Source: Bugula neritina (Eukaryota > Animalia > Bryozoa). Taken from it: a DNA stretch of 64,000 nucleotides. The stretch's first letter is position 1. Every line of letters starts with the position of its first letter. The position numbers and the translations under genes are program-made. Under the pieces are notes generated by a model. That model had not been told where the DNA came from and searched no databases. It was given only the letters and a program-made list of their open reading frames with translations. Shown here one piece after another: positions 1-13,967 of the stretch. The DNA lies in assembly GCA_964035545.1 (NCBI GenBank), contig OZ037768.1:4558741-4622740 (forward strand), in the 5' to 3' direction.

Positions 1-63
1 AAATACACATATCTATTACGTTAATCTCTCTAAAGGATGAAAATAGGATGCTTTATGTTTTAG

Positions 64-891
64 TTGGGAGCTGCTGAAAAATGTTTTTCTCTAAATATTA
101 CACAACATACAGATGTGAAAAATGCTAAGCCAGCTGTTGTTACAACATATGACTACTATAAGACTGGTAAGTAGTACTAACTGAATATTGACAATAGATT
201 ACATTTTACAATGATTAAAATACCTACATACAGTTGAGTACTTTGGCACTGTAATAAACTAGACTATTTATCCTTACCATCAACACATGCAGAAGTTGCT
301 GCTTGGTTTATCAACTTGAACATTGCATCTTACAGTACAACCTATACAAGTAGAGCAGGTATTAGAGAATTATCTGCTCTATATCATCACCACAACAGTA
401 TTGTTTAGAGCCAAACCTGTTTGAATACTGATGCAAAATATTATGTAGTGTGATTAAGTTAAAGTTAAAATATTGTTTTTCAACATGCACGTTTTCTATG
501 AACTTTGAATAAAAAAATGTTTGCATTACGTAACTGGTGATATATTCAACATCTATGTTATACTTATTATAGAGTAAAAACTGAGTAGCATCTAAAGATT
601 TATCACATCATGAAAAATAAGCAGTTTAATATAAAACTATATATTTATATGAGCAATAGGTCTGCAATTCCTTTTGTATTTAAACAAGTAAATAATGGTT
701 TTGTAGAGTTAAGACAAGAGCTGGAGTATGAACTTCCTGCCTGTTATGAGATCAACAACTCAACATCAACCACAGTACCAGTGACTACAGCTTCAGTGAC
801 TACAGTACCAGTGACTACAGTACCAGTGACTACAGTACCAGTGACCACTACTCAGAATCAAACTCCCACTTCTAACCAAATACAAGTCTAA
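64..891 (+). CDS. 3' end (last two coding exons, 64-166 and 707-891) of a thioester-containing protein / alpha-2-macroglobulin (A2M/CD109/TEP)-family gene, with Thr-rich C-terminal tail
   Basis: tttag|64-166|gtaagt translates LGAAEKCFSLNITQHTDVKNAKPAVVTTYDYYKT, matching the KPAxVxxYDYY motif at the end of the A2M receptor-binding domain. A phase-1 join to ttgtag|707-891 gives ELRQELEYELPAC...(TTVPV)n...QIQV*. The rest of the gene lies upstream of the window. Confidence 0.75.
769..850 (+). repeat. 15-bp coding tandem repeat (ACTACAGTACCAGTG, ~5 copies) encoding TTVPV
   Basis: Seen directly; in frame within the terminal exon 707-891. Confidence 0.9.
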
Positions 892-1614
892 CTCCATACA
901 CACTACAGCCAATTGAAAAATTGAATTTTATCAAAAACAAAATTTATTAATCTATATTTAATCAAGATTATTCATACATGCATATGTAAAAGATATACAT
1001 CTTGTCTTATATTTCAAAAATATGGAAATGTCAGAAATAATTAATTTACTAGATGTTGGATACCATCAGCTATACTCCCACTTTTTCTCTGTTATTATCT
1101 GCATATACTAGGTATAAGAGAAAACTTAGCTTACTGTCAAATAGCCGCAATTATATCCTAGCTTAACTAAAATGCACAAATAAACTCATTTTATAAACTT
1201 CAGAAAACGTATTAAACTTCAACACACAATCTGCAACAAACCATCACAATAATATGTTGTTTTAATGAATGTCTTTTAGAGAGAGAGATTTCAAAGAGGT
1301 TGAATGAACCAAACTAAACTCACTGAAAATAACCAGCGATTACACAGATTTAATGAGCATAATACTGATAGCACCATTTCATTTTAGCCTAAACTGAAAA
1401 ATTCACTAAATTCAGTCTACTGAGTTTTATACAGAGCATACGCGGCAGCAGCTAGCATATATTATGTCTATAAGCAGTTTAGCAGCAGCAATTTATCTAG
1501 CGTTGTATCAGATAAGAGTTAATATCTATTTTGTGACCAGCACAATGTAACTAAGCATACTGCATGCTGCAGCTGTAATTTCTCAGAGTGATAAAGCTAC
1601 AGAGTAAGAAGGCG

Positions 1615-4600
1615 TTATTTCTCTATAAGTGATAGCGCTAATATCTTCTCCAACTCTTCCTGCTCATTGCGTTCCATCGCTTCTCTGTCTGTAATGGACC
1701 TTTGAGCTTGTTGATTTGAGATTTCTAAGGCCATCGCCAACTGTGAATCATAGTCTAATGGGTGGTTTGGGTGGCTGCAAATGTAATTAATAAAACACCA
1801 TCATAAATTTTTTAAAGTTTTGTATCTATGATATAAATACTAAACAGGATAGCTTCTTTTTATGCTAAACATAGTGACAACATATTCCCAACTTAATACC
1901 TGATGATAATCAACCACATCAAATAAAAATTAAAATGTACATTGAAATAGTGCAAGTATAGCAGTTGTAGGTTATATATGTAGATAGTTATATAGAGTAG
2001 CTGTAGGTTATATATACAGTTATATAGACTAACTGTAGGTTATATATACAGTTATATAGACTAGCTTTAGGTTATTTATATACAGTTATATAAATTAGCT
2101 GTAAGTAATATATACAGTTATATAGATTAGCTTTAAGTAATATATACAGTTATATAGACTAGCTTTAGGTTATTTATATACAGTTATATAGATTAGCTGT
2201 AAGTAATATATACAGTTATATAGATTAGTAGTACTGTAGGTAAACCTGCTGTATCTAAGAAACAGTACCTGTTTGATTGTGTTGAGTTTCCATTTAAAGC
2301 CAGGTTTTCCAGTGCCTCTTGCAGATTGTAGTTCTCCGGTACATCTGCAGTTGGTTCCAGCAGACTCTGCTGTATAGCAAACTGCAAGAGCTGGTCATCT
2401 TGGTCAACATGCAGTCTGCCCTGGGGGTAACTGCTTTGCCCTGTCATAAATGTATTGCGAAAAGCAGATATATACAAAGGTCTTATAAACAGGAAGGGCA
2501 TTTGCCCCACTTACACTGCTACTTAGCTTTCTGTCCTTGCCTCTCAGTCTACATATTGTATTTATTGCAAAACCCTGGAATAACACGCTACTAAATTCTA
2601 CCCTTCTTATATAAATTAGACAATTTAAAATGACAAACAGTAAACACTAAGTTGTCTTCTCTTTGTATATAAAGAAGAATTACCTCTCAATCTGTAATCA
2701 CTGGGAACATCAAATGCCGTATCGTCCACGGCACACCCCACAACAACCGGTTCAAGTACCGTCTCCCCATTTTCAAGCACCTTGGGCACCTCTTCTGATA
2801 TGAGTGACACTTTATTGACTGCAGTGTCACTAGAGAATATGTTCCCAAATGTAATCTTTGCATTCAGAATATGAAATATAGGAATCTCTGTAAAACAAAA
2901 TATTCATACATTTTACTAAATAATCCAATAAAACTTTAGTAAAATTTATATAGGTCTAGCAAGTAATGTGACAAAATTCCAAAACAACTTTAATCTATGA
3001 AATAGTGCAACACAATATACATGTATGTATATACAACTATATGTAGCAATGTATGCATATAAATATCAACTGTATGTAACAGTGTATGCATATAAATATC
3101 AACTATATGTAACAGTGTAAGCATATAAATATCAACTATATGTAACAGTGTATGCATATAAATATCAACTATATGTAACAGTGTATGCATATAAAATCAA
3201 ATACTAACCAATTTTTACAGGAAAACCAGCTGGAAGTTGAAGAGTAATAAATTCTTTAAGTTTACCAAAATGAGCATTCGTTGCGGCCATCAGATCGATA
3301 ATTGGTAAAACCTTTAAAAGTAATACATGAAAGATGGTCACATGACACAAAACAGTTAAAGTAGAAATTGTGTCTCCATGATGAATAAAACTACACTTTA
3401 CTTTATAACAGGCGATATACTATGATGTCAGGCGATATACTATGATGTCAGGCGATATACTATGATGTCAGGTGATATACTATGATGCAAGGTGATATAC
3501 TATGATGTCAGGTGATATACTATGATGTCAGGTGATATACTATGATGCAAGGTAATACCTGTTCCTGAAGTGTGAGAGGAAATTCTTCTGCCATGGAAAT
3601 ACTTGCTTTAAACTTTTGTGTTTTTGTTGAAAGTTCTCGCGGCCTGCCAATATCTTTACCTTCAAGGTCAATAGCGGCATCAAAATATTCTTCAGGTGCT
3701 ATACTACACGGGTTATTTATATTTAGTATTTCTCCCTGCAAAAAATAAATCAGCACTAGCAAGTTTATTGAATGCATTTAACTACATGGAACAGTGTACG
3801 GCCATGTCACAACACAACATGTTACAGTACTCCAACCATTGCAACTCAGCAATGAAATTAAAATTAATATTAATATATTTGCGTGAAGAAGACTCAGACA
3901 GTGAATTGACTTACGTAGTCCTGGTTAGACTTCTCAGAGTGTTTTTCAGCAAAGCAGAGCATACTTTCTAGTGGATTGAACTGTTTATTCTTCTTAATCT
4001 GTTTCTTATCCTCTTCACTGAGATGCTCAGTCCTAGTCTGAGTGACAAACTGCACATTGCTGACGTTGAATACCTGCACAGTAAAGTCAGCATAGCAGCA
4101 GGATTAGTGCGCAGTGATAGCCAGTAGTTCTAGTAATTACCCACAGTATTAGTTACTCGCAATAGTTAGTTACAGTAGTTAGTTGTTAGTTAGCTAGTTC
4201 TAGTAATTACTCAAAGAAGTTAGTTCCACTGGTTAGCCCTACTAGTCACATAAGTTAGTATAGATTAGATACACTAGTACACTAGTGGCAGTAATTAGTT
4301 TTAATAATCAGTCACAGTATTAGTTATAATATGTAGTACAAGGTATTAATTGAAAAGGAACAAATAAGAAGTATTTTTAGGTGAAACCATAAAAAAGCAT
4401 TACATTTAAATGAACATTCCACCAATAATCACATCAACTTGAACAAATTTTATTAGATACGGTAATACAAATTGCAAAGCTAAATCTTGGTGATCCAGTT
4501 TTTCATAACCTACACGCTGATTCAAAATGATGTCAACAAGTACAAACAGCTGTTAAAGTACTGGTCTAATATTATTCTTAAACACCTTAGCCTGGTATCC

Positions 4601-7600
4601 GTTCACAGTTTCTACTTTGTCAGATCTGAAACCCCAAAGCCCCGACTTGGCTCTCTCAAACCCAATTTTCTCTGTATTTACATAGGAGCTGACGACTGGA
4701 GCAGTCAACCGCTCAGAGATCTGTAAACATACAGAGTATAATGATATGAAAACTGCCGTCTCACTTATTCAGTCAAATACTGAGGTTACGTAGCAAAAAC
4801 TGGTTATTCCCTATTAGAGGACGAGCTGGGTTGTGAACATATATTGTATGAACTCAAGGACATGCCATTTGTTCTTTGTATAAAAACAACTCCTTAACCA
4901 ACCATTTCCTTTAAACACAAATAATTTGTATAAATTTTAGGCAGTTTAGAAAATTTGCTTGAACTAAAAATAATAAAATGTTCAGACCACAGCCAGAAAC
5001 AAATAACTCCAGTCTTTTACCTGATCTACAGAAGGGCGCATCTGCTCCATACTGGGTTTCACTACTATATCCTGGATTATCTCGGAATACACCACACCGG
5101 CGTCGTGATCAATTTCTAGGACCTGAGTTCGATCACCTAGCATATAGAATACAATATACCTAGCATATAGTATACATAGCATATAGCATACAGTATACCT
5201 AGCATATAGCATATAGTATACCTAGCATATAGTATACCTAGCATATAGTATACCAAGCATATAGTATACAGTATACCTAGCATATAGCATACAGTATACC
5301 TAACATATAGCATATAGTATATCTAGCATATAGTATACCTAGCATATAGTATACAGTATACCTAGCATATAGCATATAGTATACCTAGCATATAGTATAC
5401 CTAGCATATAGCATATAGCATACCTAGCATATAGCATATAGTATACCTAGCATATAGCATATAGTATACCCATATATTCAAAAAAAGCTTCACAAGACAA
5501 TAAATATTCTCAAAGTTATACCTTCAATTTTAAAAACAAAACTACGAGATCCTCTTTCCCATTTGCTGCCTTCAAAGCCCAAGAGTGTTGTGTCTATCCG
5601 AACCATGGCTCCTACAATTACATTACAGAACACGTAAACACCACGTATTTATAAACAGAAATACCAAGTATTGTATGCACTGTTTTCCCTTCCCTAAACA
5701 AACTACAAGATTCATCTCAGCACACTAGCAGCTCTATGGCCCACAGACCTTGGTATAGGAGTCTATATAATTTCGCACTGTGCACTGAGAATTTTAAATC
5801 AACATCTTAATAACTTCAAAAATTGGCCTGAAATATGTTTCTAAAGATTTTACTATTATATACAATTCCTACTCACCAGACTTGTATACTTTGTATGTAT
5901 CACTGGGACACATTCTAGAGACTAGAGGGACTGCAAAAACAAGAAAAAATTTCAAGTAGAACTGAATTGATAATCAAATAAATGCACGCAAACTTCTCCC
6001 AATGGACTCAGAACATACAGGTCTCTGAACAACGTTGTATTGCAGATGCAATTCTTGAACAATAATTATAATAATATAAATCATCTTACCCCAACTGGTG
6101 AACTCCCAATTCATTTCTACATAGAAGTCTGGCGCCTACAAACAGATAAATGCATTGAGTTGGTAACCAAAAAACATTAAACTCAAAATATACGTATAGA
6201 TGCACATTAAAAACATGAAATTATTTATAATACAACAGTTTGTTAAGGTACATTGTATAGTGACAGCACCTCACTTATTTTCTTGAGGAGAAGTGGTATC
6301 CCGTCTGTACGAAGAAGAGACCTTTGATAATCTCGATGTTGAACTACATCCCGCAGCAAATCTGGATCACCTGTGCTAGTGGCTTCGTGGACAGCTAAAC
6401 ATTATCATAACGCACTTATTGTTAAAATTAAAATACAATTTAATTTGTGTTTGCAATTAAAATTAAGGTAAAGCTTTTTAGCTATCAAACTTTTGATAGC
6501 CCTTGCCGAAAAACATAATATATTATGAGGGATAAAGTGGTTTGACATACCAGACCAATACTTTGCATTTTCTTTGTTAGCATCTGCCTTATGGCTTAGT
6601 AAAACTTTAACACATTCCATATGTCCTAAGGATATAGCAAGGTGCAGGGGTGAACGCCCTCTGGGGTCGATCTTTTCTATGTCATGCTAGAACAGGAATA
6701 TCAAGTGTGGGAGTCAAAATGACTTTAGCCTGTTATGTTTGAAAGGCTCTACTCTACAGAGATTAGTTGCTAATGAGTGCAGGCAGGTATTCTATATAAT
6801 GTTACTAACTGGTACTCACACGAATGTAATCTCTATTATGACATTGAAGTATTTTAAGATTTCATGCAAATTGGAAAATTCTAACAAACATACAAAACAT
6901 GGTCCCATAACTTTTACCAAATTAAATTGAAAACAGCTTGTTAGTCAACATGTGATATAAATTAATGATTTATATATAAATAAATGATTGACATTTTGCA
7001 TTTTTTCATTTACATGTGAAAATTTTGAGCTACTAGAAATTTCTGAAACAATTTTTCAGCTCCTCACTTTTCTATTGTTGCATAGTAAAATAAAAACAAA
7101 TGGGTTTATTGTAGACAATGTTAAGGCGGTAGAATCACCTGACTATATTATAATCACAAACCATGCTGCATGCATTGCTATTAAAATATGTTAAAATACT
7201 AATAATGCAAACTAGCTAGAAATACATAGGATGATGGTATTCTAGTCACTACTATCACAGTAAACTCAGTTTGAAGGTTATATTTTTGATTAAAAAGTAA
7301 TTATGCATCTGCTTTTATTGAAATTGAAAAATAAGATTTTAATGTATAATTTAAATGTTCTGCAAAATGATCACATCTTTCAGTTTTAGTGAGGATGTCT
7401 ATTTTTATACAGATTTTTTCATATTTATATTTTATACAGCATTTAAAGACCATCAACGAAATATCGGACATCAATCCTTCGAATATTACATAAGAATATT
7501 ACAAAGAATATTACATATATGTGCCATAGGCATGTGTTGTATGCACTGCATGTACTGACCTCCTTGCTCTCTAGCAAAGCACCTAAAGTTCGTACATTAT

Positions 7601-7673
7601 TCTCCCACACACACCAATGAATAGGAAATTCTTTTTCCAATTCATGAACGGTACTTTTCTTCGACTCAGCCAT
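1615..7673 (-). CDS. ANKRD13: Ankyrin repeat domain-containing protein 13 (ANK + GPCR-chaperone domain + C-terminal UIMs), multi-exon
   Basis: ATG at 7673 (MAESKK...[10 protein letters not shown]). Further exons read [86 protein letters not shown], and UIMs [12 protein letters not shown] and [14 protein letters not shown] (stop 1615-1617). GT-AG boundaries were consistent where checked. Confidence 0.93.
1960..2235. repeat. AT-rich intronic minisatellite (~29-33 bp unit, ATATACAGTTATATAGA.TAGCT)
   Basis: Seen directly, next to an ANKRD13 donor site. Confidence 0.85.
3030..3195. repeat. 33-bp intronic minisatellite (~5 copies)
   Basis: ATATAAATATCAACTATATGTAACAGTGTATGC repeated; this explains the repetitive ORF 2990..3190. 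Confidence 0.88.
3409..3555. repeat. 20-bp intronic minisatellite (~7 copies, GG(C/T)GATATACTATGATGTCA)
   Basis: Seen directly; abuts the ANKRD13 donor at ~3557. Confidence 0.92.
5137..5470. repeat. Intronic minisatellite built from CCTAGCATATAG(C/T)ATA units
   Basis: Seen directly; its terminal copy supplies the ANKRD13 splice acceptor (minus strand tatgctag|GT). Confidence 0.88.
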
Positions 7674-7859
7674 AAGAAATGAATATTCATTCACTGACTA
7701 TAAGTAAAACACATAGAATATGATTTTCATTAAGTAAAGTTTATTTTTAAGCATTTCTTACTGTAGCATAAAGATTTTATTATAATCACAATAAAATAGA
7801 CATAGTGAATAGAGCAAAACTTTCAGCAAAAGTAAAACTAAAATTAAATTCTAACCTTA

Positions 7860-8345
7860 ATACTATTAGTATTACTATTAATATTAGCAATATCACTAAT
7901 ACTAATAGTAATAACTAATAAATAATAAGCAATACTAAGACTGATAGTTATAGTAATACTAATACTAATAATAATTTGACTTAGAAAAAATAATACTATT
8001 TGACTAATACTAATAGTAATACTAATACTATGACTATAACTATTACTATTATTAATACTAATAGTATTAGTATTACTATTATTAATACTCTAAATCTAAT
8101 ACTAATAGCAATAGTATAAGTATTAGTAATGCATTACTAATACTAATAGTAATACTATTGGTATTATTATTAGTATTTCAGTAGTATTACTCATTCACAT
8201 TGCAGTTGCTCATACTATGAGTCATAGCCATAGACCATCACCATGGCTGAGAGTGAGTAATACTAATACTAATAGTAATAGTAATACTAATACAGTAATA
8301 GTAATACTAATAGTAATTGGATTACTGATTAGTATTAGTATTACT
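7860..8345. repeat. Low-complexity (TACTAA/TAGTAA)n tract
   Basis: Seen directly. Confidence 0.75.
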
Positions 8346-10355
8346 GATTCCCATTCCGTAATAACATTTTAACTTAAATTTAAATTATAATTGACATTAA
8401 CTAACTCCAAGTTTAAGCTTAACCCTAAACAGTTTAGCCTAAAGTAATAATATCAATCCGTCCACTTTTAGTTTTACTGTTAGTTTTAGTTTTACTTTTA
8501 CTTTTACTTTTAGTTTCTATTTTACTTGTAGAAATAGGTAGTCGATAGACCTAATAGACGTACTTTTTGTTTTAACAAAAATAATATACTTCCATCAAAA
8601 ATGTATAGCAATTAATTAGCTATTTCAATCTTTATATTATTAGTAAACAACTTCAGTTGTTTCTTAATATAGTGTTGTTAGTAATAACAACAAAAATTAG
8701 CTGACAATCATTCGAAGCGGATTTGCTTTAAAATTTACAGGAAGTTATTTAAATTTATCATGTGATATTTAACAGTGGACGGGTTTTACAACGCTCCTTT
8801 GGGCGATATGTAACTTGCTAATAATCGTTGTGACTTATATGTGGTATACCAACACTCCACTGTTAATTGACACTTAATTTAAAAGCTTAGGCTAAGAATC
8901 TGGCGTGAGTTTGTATGAACGTAGTTTGTACAAGTACATATGTATAAATCAGTACAAAATATGCGTGCATAGCCTACTTATCAAGCTATATTCTTATTAT
9001 TCCATTCGCTACTACAAGTACAAGACAAGTACAAGTATAGCCATAATGATAATTATATTGAGAATCATAAGCTTGCCTAGTCCACATTCACATTGACGTT
9101 GTGATTGTGTTGTGAAAGATTCACCATGACCTTTGACTGTATTTAGCTATCACTATAAGTATATTAATATTTTTCATAGTGATACTGATACTCATACTCA
9201 TAGTCATACTGATAGTCACTATCAGTAATTTAAACCGGAAGGTTTAATTAAATTAAATTAAAGTTTAAATTAAATTAAATTTAATTAAAGGTTTAAGTAT
9301 GATAGTGATACTCATCATGCTGGTAGTGAGTATGACTATGAAAGTATGAGTATCACTTTAATAGTTTAAAGTTCAAACTGTTTGAAGGTCTTGTTAATTT
9401 TAAAAATAAATGACTATAACAATATAACTATAAGCATAACTCAAACTGACTACCTCTGGCTCTACGAGTATCAATATCATATTCATTATGATTAAGATTA
9501 ATATTACTATCAGATTCAGTATAAATTACTAAATGCTACTATTACTATTAGTTTTACTAATTTACTATTAGCTAGGTTAATAAGTTATTGACAATTCTAA
9601 TATAAAAATCTGTTATTTAATCTATCAATTACAATCACCGTGGTAAAAGGAATCAGTGTTGGCTGAAAATTTTCAAATTTCCATATACAAATTTATTTCT
9701 CTATAAATTATTGATTTTATTATAGTGGTAATTGTACTTTATACTGCTACTAATAGTGCTCACCTATGGATTGGTTATTGTTAGCACTGTAAATTTTAAC
9801 ATTTATATGAATGAATTTACACATAAAAATTAATAACCGAGTTTTGGGTATGCTGATAATATGCCATTAATATTATTTCAACCTTTGAATGGATGATAAT
9901 GTAATTTTTGTTTTTGTGATTTTGTTATAATTTAATTTTAAAGTTCTTCAAATTGAGTACATACATTTGTACCATATTTAAATTTGTAGTTACCTGCACT
10001 ATATTTAGGGAAATCATTATTTTCATAAATGGTTACACCGTAAAATTGAGCATGTGTGTTATGAAGGATATTCTCTACATGTTTGAAAACAATTAGAAAA
10101 GTGTGTGCCTTCGGCCAGTCTTTAGGTCATGTTTATGACCATGTTTATTTGAGCTATCTAAAAATAGGTCTAAATGTGATTTTTTTAAAAGAAATTTAGT
10201 TTGATAAAGTTTGAAATAAACCTCAGGTGCTTTTAAAAGGATGTATAAACTTTGAATTATTGACTCTTACATGTAACTTTTTAGGCTGCATTGTGTTTTT
10301 GCTGTGTTTTGTAGTCATTGAAGCTAGTTGCTTGTGAAACAACTTAGACCAGAAA

Positions 10356-13300
10356 ATGAATGCTCCTGCTACTTTTGAGTGTTTTCTTTTGTATGATGGA
10401 GAAAAGAAGTAAGTGCTCATAGTCTGCTTTGTTATGTACCAATGTAAGTCACACAAAATGTGTATACACTTTTATAAGTTTACTCTAGCAGTGATAGCAT
10501 GTTCTTAAATAGAGCACAAATGTACTCTGTAATGAATAAAGTTAGTTTATTTTTACAGTACCATTCTGCAGTAGGAACCAGCATCTTAAAATTGATTCTG
10601 AAAGGCATACAAATTCAAATTATATGATTTTATATAGTGTGAACTCAGTTTTAGCCAGTAAGGATTTTAACATGCACATGCTATTATTAATTCAAGGCTA
10701 ACCTTCTGTTTTGGCCACCATTTGTGTAGAAATGACCACTCTGAAGAGTTTTGTACAGGAGACGAACAGAACTAACTTGACTAGATTACTTGGTGTCTTG
10801 AGTTTGTACAACAGCCGAAATCATTGCTATTCAACTATTCAACTCAAACTTGACTAGTAGATTATGAATGGCTGGCCATGACTGAAATCTAGACAAGCCA
10901 AAACCTAATTTGATTGTTAGAATTGATAGTCAGAGTTCAGGCTCATGCATTGACTTTCAACTGAATTTTTATGATTTAACAGCCTTAAATTTAACTTGTA
11001 GACTGAATCATATACATTTCTAGTAAACTGGATCATATATATAACTAGTAAACTGGATCATATATATGTAACTAGTAAACTGGATCATATATATGTAACT
11101 GGTAAACTGGATCATATATATAACTAGTAAACTGGATTATATATATAACTAGTAAACTGGATCATATATATAACTAGTAAACTGTATCATATATATAACT
11201 AGTAAACTGGATCATATATATAACTAGTAAACTGGATCATATATATAACTAGTAAACTGGATCATATATATAACTAGTAAACTGGATCATATATGTAACT
11301 AGTAAACTAGATCATATATGTAACTAGTAAACTGGATCATATATGTAACTAGTAAACTGGATCATATATATAACTAGTAAACTGTATCATATATGTAACT
11401 AGTAAACTGGATCATATATATAACTAGTAAACTGGATCATATATATAACTAGTAAACTGGATCATATATATAACTAGTAAACTGTATCATATATATAACT
11501 AGTAAACTGGATCATATATATAACTAGTAAACTGGATCATATATATAACTAGTAAACTGGATTATATATATAACAAGTAAACTGGATCATATATATAACT
11601 AGTAAACTGGATCATATATATAACTAGTAAACTGGATCATATATATAACTAGTAAACTGGATCATATATATAACTAGTCAACTGGATCATATATATAACT
11701 AGTCAACTGGATCATATATATAACTAGTAAACTGGATCATATATATAACTAGTAAACTGGATTATATATATAACTAGTAAACTGGATCATATATATAACT
11801 AGTAAACTGTATCATATATATAACTAGTAAACTGGATCATATATATAACTAGTAAACTGGATCATATATATAACTAGTAAACTGGATCATATATATAACT
11901 AGTAAACTGGATCATATATGTAACTAGTAAACTAGATCATATATGTAACTAGTAAACTGGATCATATATGTAACTAGTAAACTGGATCATATATATAACT
12001 AGTAAACTGTATCATATATGTAACTAGTAAACTGGATCATATATATAACTAGTAAACTGGATCATATATATAACTAGTAAACTGTATCATATATATAACT
12101 AGTAAACTGTATCATATATATAACTAGTAAACTGGATCATATATATAACTAGTAAACTGGATTATATATATAACAAGTAAACTGGATCATATATATAACT
12201 AGTAAACTGGATCATATATATAACTAGTAAACTGGATCATATATATAACTAGTAAACTGGATCATATATATAACTAGTAAACTGGATCATATATATAACT
12301 AGTAAACTGGATCATATATATAACTAGTAAACTGGATCATATATATAACTAGTAAACTGTATCATATATATAACTAGTAAACTGGATCATATATATAACT
12401 AGTAAACTGGATCATATATATAACTAGTAAACTGTATCATATATATAACTAGTAAACTGTATCATATATATAACTAGTAAACTGGATCATATATATAACT
12501 AGTAAACTGGATCATATATATAACTAGTAAACTGTATCATATGTATAACTAGTAAACTGGATCATATATATAACTAGTAAACTGGATCATATATATAACT
12601 AGTAAACTGGATCATATATATAACAAGTAAACTAGATTATATATATAACTAGTAAACTGGATCATATATATAACTAGTAAACTGGATCATATATATATAA
12701 CAAGTAAACTGGATCATATATATAACAAGTAAACTGTATCATATATATAACTAGTAAACTGGATCATATATATAACTAGTAAACTGTATCATATATATAA
12801 CTAGTAAACTGTATCATATATATAACTAGTAAACTGGATTATATATAGGTGTTGGATTTTTTGTAGAATAACTGTAGAAAAAGACACCAAAGTTCCAAAT
12901 GCAGCCATTTTTACTATAAATAAAGAGGATCATACGTTGGGGAATGCCATCCGAACGTAAGACCGCATTTTTGTAAAGTTGCTTACTTTAGTTGTTACTA
13001 GCTAGCTGCGTTTTCTCCCACCTTATTGACATCTAACTAAATATAATTGTCGGTTTCTTGTCTAATCTGCCAGAATAATGTCAACAGATATTTTAACAAA
13101 TTTTTTTTTCAAAAGCCTACAGGATGCATTTTGTTGTTTTAAATTTTTTCAGTTTTTGCCTGGTACAAAGAAGTTGTGTCTACCTTGTAAATTATGTTAA
13201 ATTTGAAGTAATGACTAAGTTTTGTTTTAATAGTTTGTCATAATAATTATAATAGTCATGTTTTTTTTGGTAGCCAATTGCTGAAAGACCCGCAAGTTGC

Positions 13301-13967
13301 TTTTGCTGGATACAAGAATCCTCACCCATTGGAATTTAAAATTGTGGTTCGTGTGCAGACCACCTCCTCAGACTACACGCCTCAAGAAGCTATGTCAAAT
13401 GCTATTACAGATCTCATGAGTGAAATATCTCTACTAGAGGAAAGGTTCAAGGTTGGTGAATCGGTAGCTTATGCTTTACTTTATTAAAACAAGAATGATT
13501 GCTGTGTTAACTGGTGATATTACCTTTATCATATTTATGATTGTTGTTACTTTTTTCAGCTCAAAATGTTTCGAATTATTCTGTTTTGGTTAAAGTAACG
13601 TATTGGACTTGGACATAAAATAATAGAAAAAGCAAAAAGTTAGATGATTGTGATAATAAATAGATTATAAATAGAAATAAAGTCATTGAATCTATGAGAT
13701 ATTTTCATCTAGCGTGGTTCATGCCATTTTCTGTGGTAAAGAGGTTTTATTTCTCGAACCAGCATTAGTTTCAGGTGTCATCTATGATTGTGATAATAAA
13801 TAGATTATAAATAGAAATAAAGTCATTGAATCTATGAGATATTTTCATCTAGCGTGGTTCATGCCATTTTCTGTGGTAAAGAGGTTTTATTTCTCGAACC
13901 AGCATTAGTTTCAGGTGTCATCTATTTTTAGGAGGCAATTCGAGAGAAGAAGGAGGAGGGAAGTTAG
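10356..13967 (+). CDS. POLR2J: RNA polymerase II subunit RPB11 (118 aa; exons 10356-10408, 12867-12956, 13274-13451, 13932-13967)
   Basis: Spliced translation [78 protein letters not shown]...[22 protein letters not shown]. All introns are GT-AG; 357 nt in frame. Confidence 0.97.
11019..12847. repeat. 25-bp tandem satellite (TAACTAGTAAACTGGATCATATATA, ~73 copies) in a POLR2J intron
   Basis: Period 25 seen directly, no unique spacers; ends ~20 bp before the exon acceptor at 12866. Confidence 0.97.
13644..13924. repeat. 140-bp tandem duplication in the last POLR2J intron
   Basis: 13644-13783 is repeated at 13784-13924 with no visible differences. Confidence 0.93.

Noticed and set aside
335-358. 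Extra micro-exon in the TEP-like gene
   Set aside because: Its 23-nt length would break the phase between the flanking exons.
8419-8428. Telomere-like TAACCCTAA
   Set aside because: Single copy, expected by chance.
11019-12847. CRISPR-like array
   Set aside because: Head-to-tail 25-mers without unique spacers, inside a eukaryotic intron.
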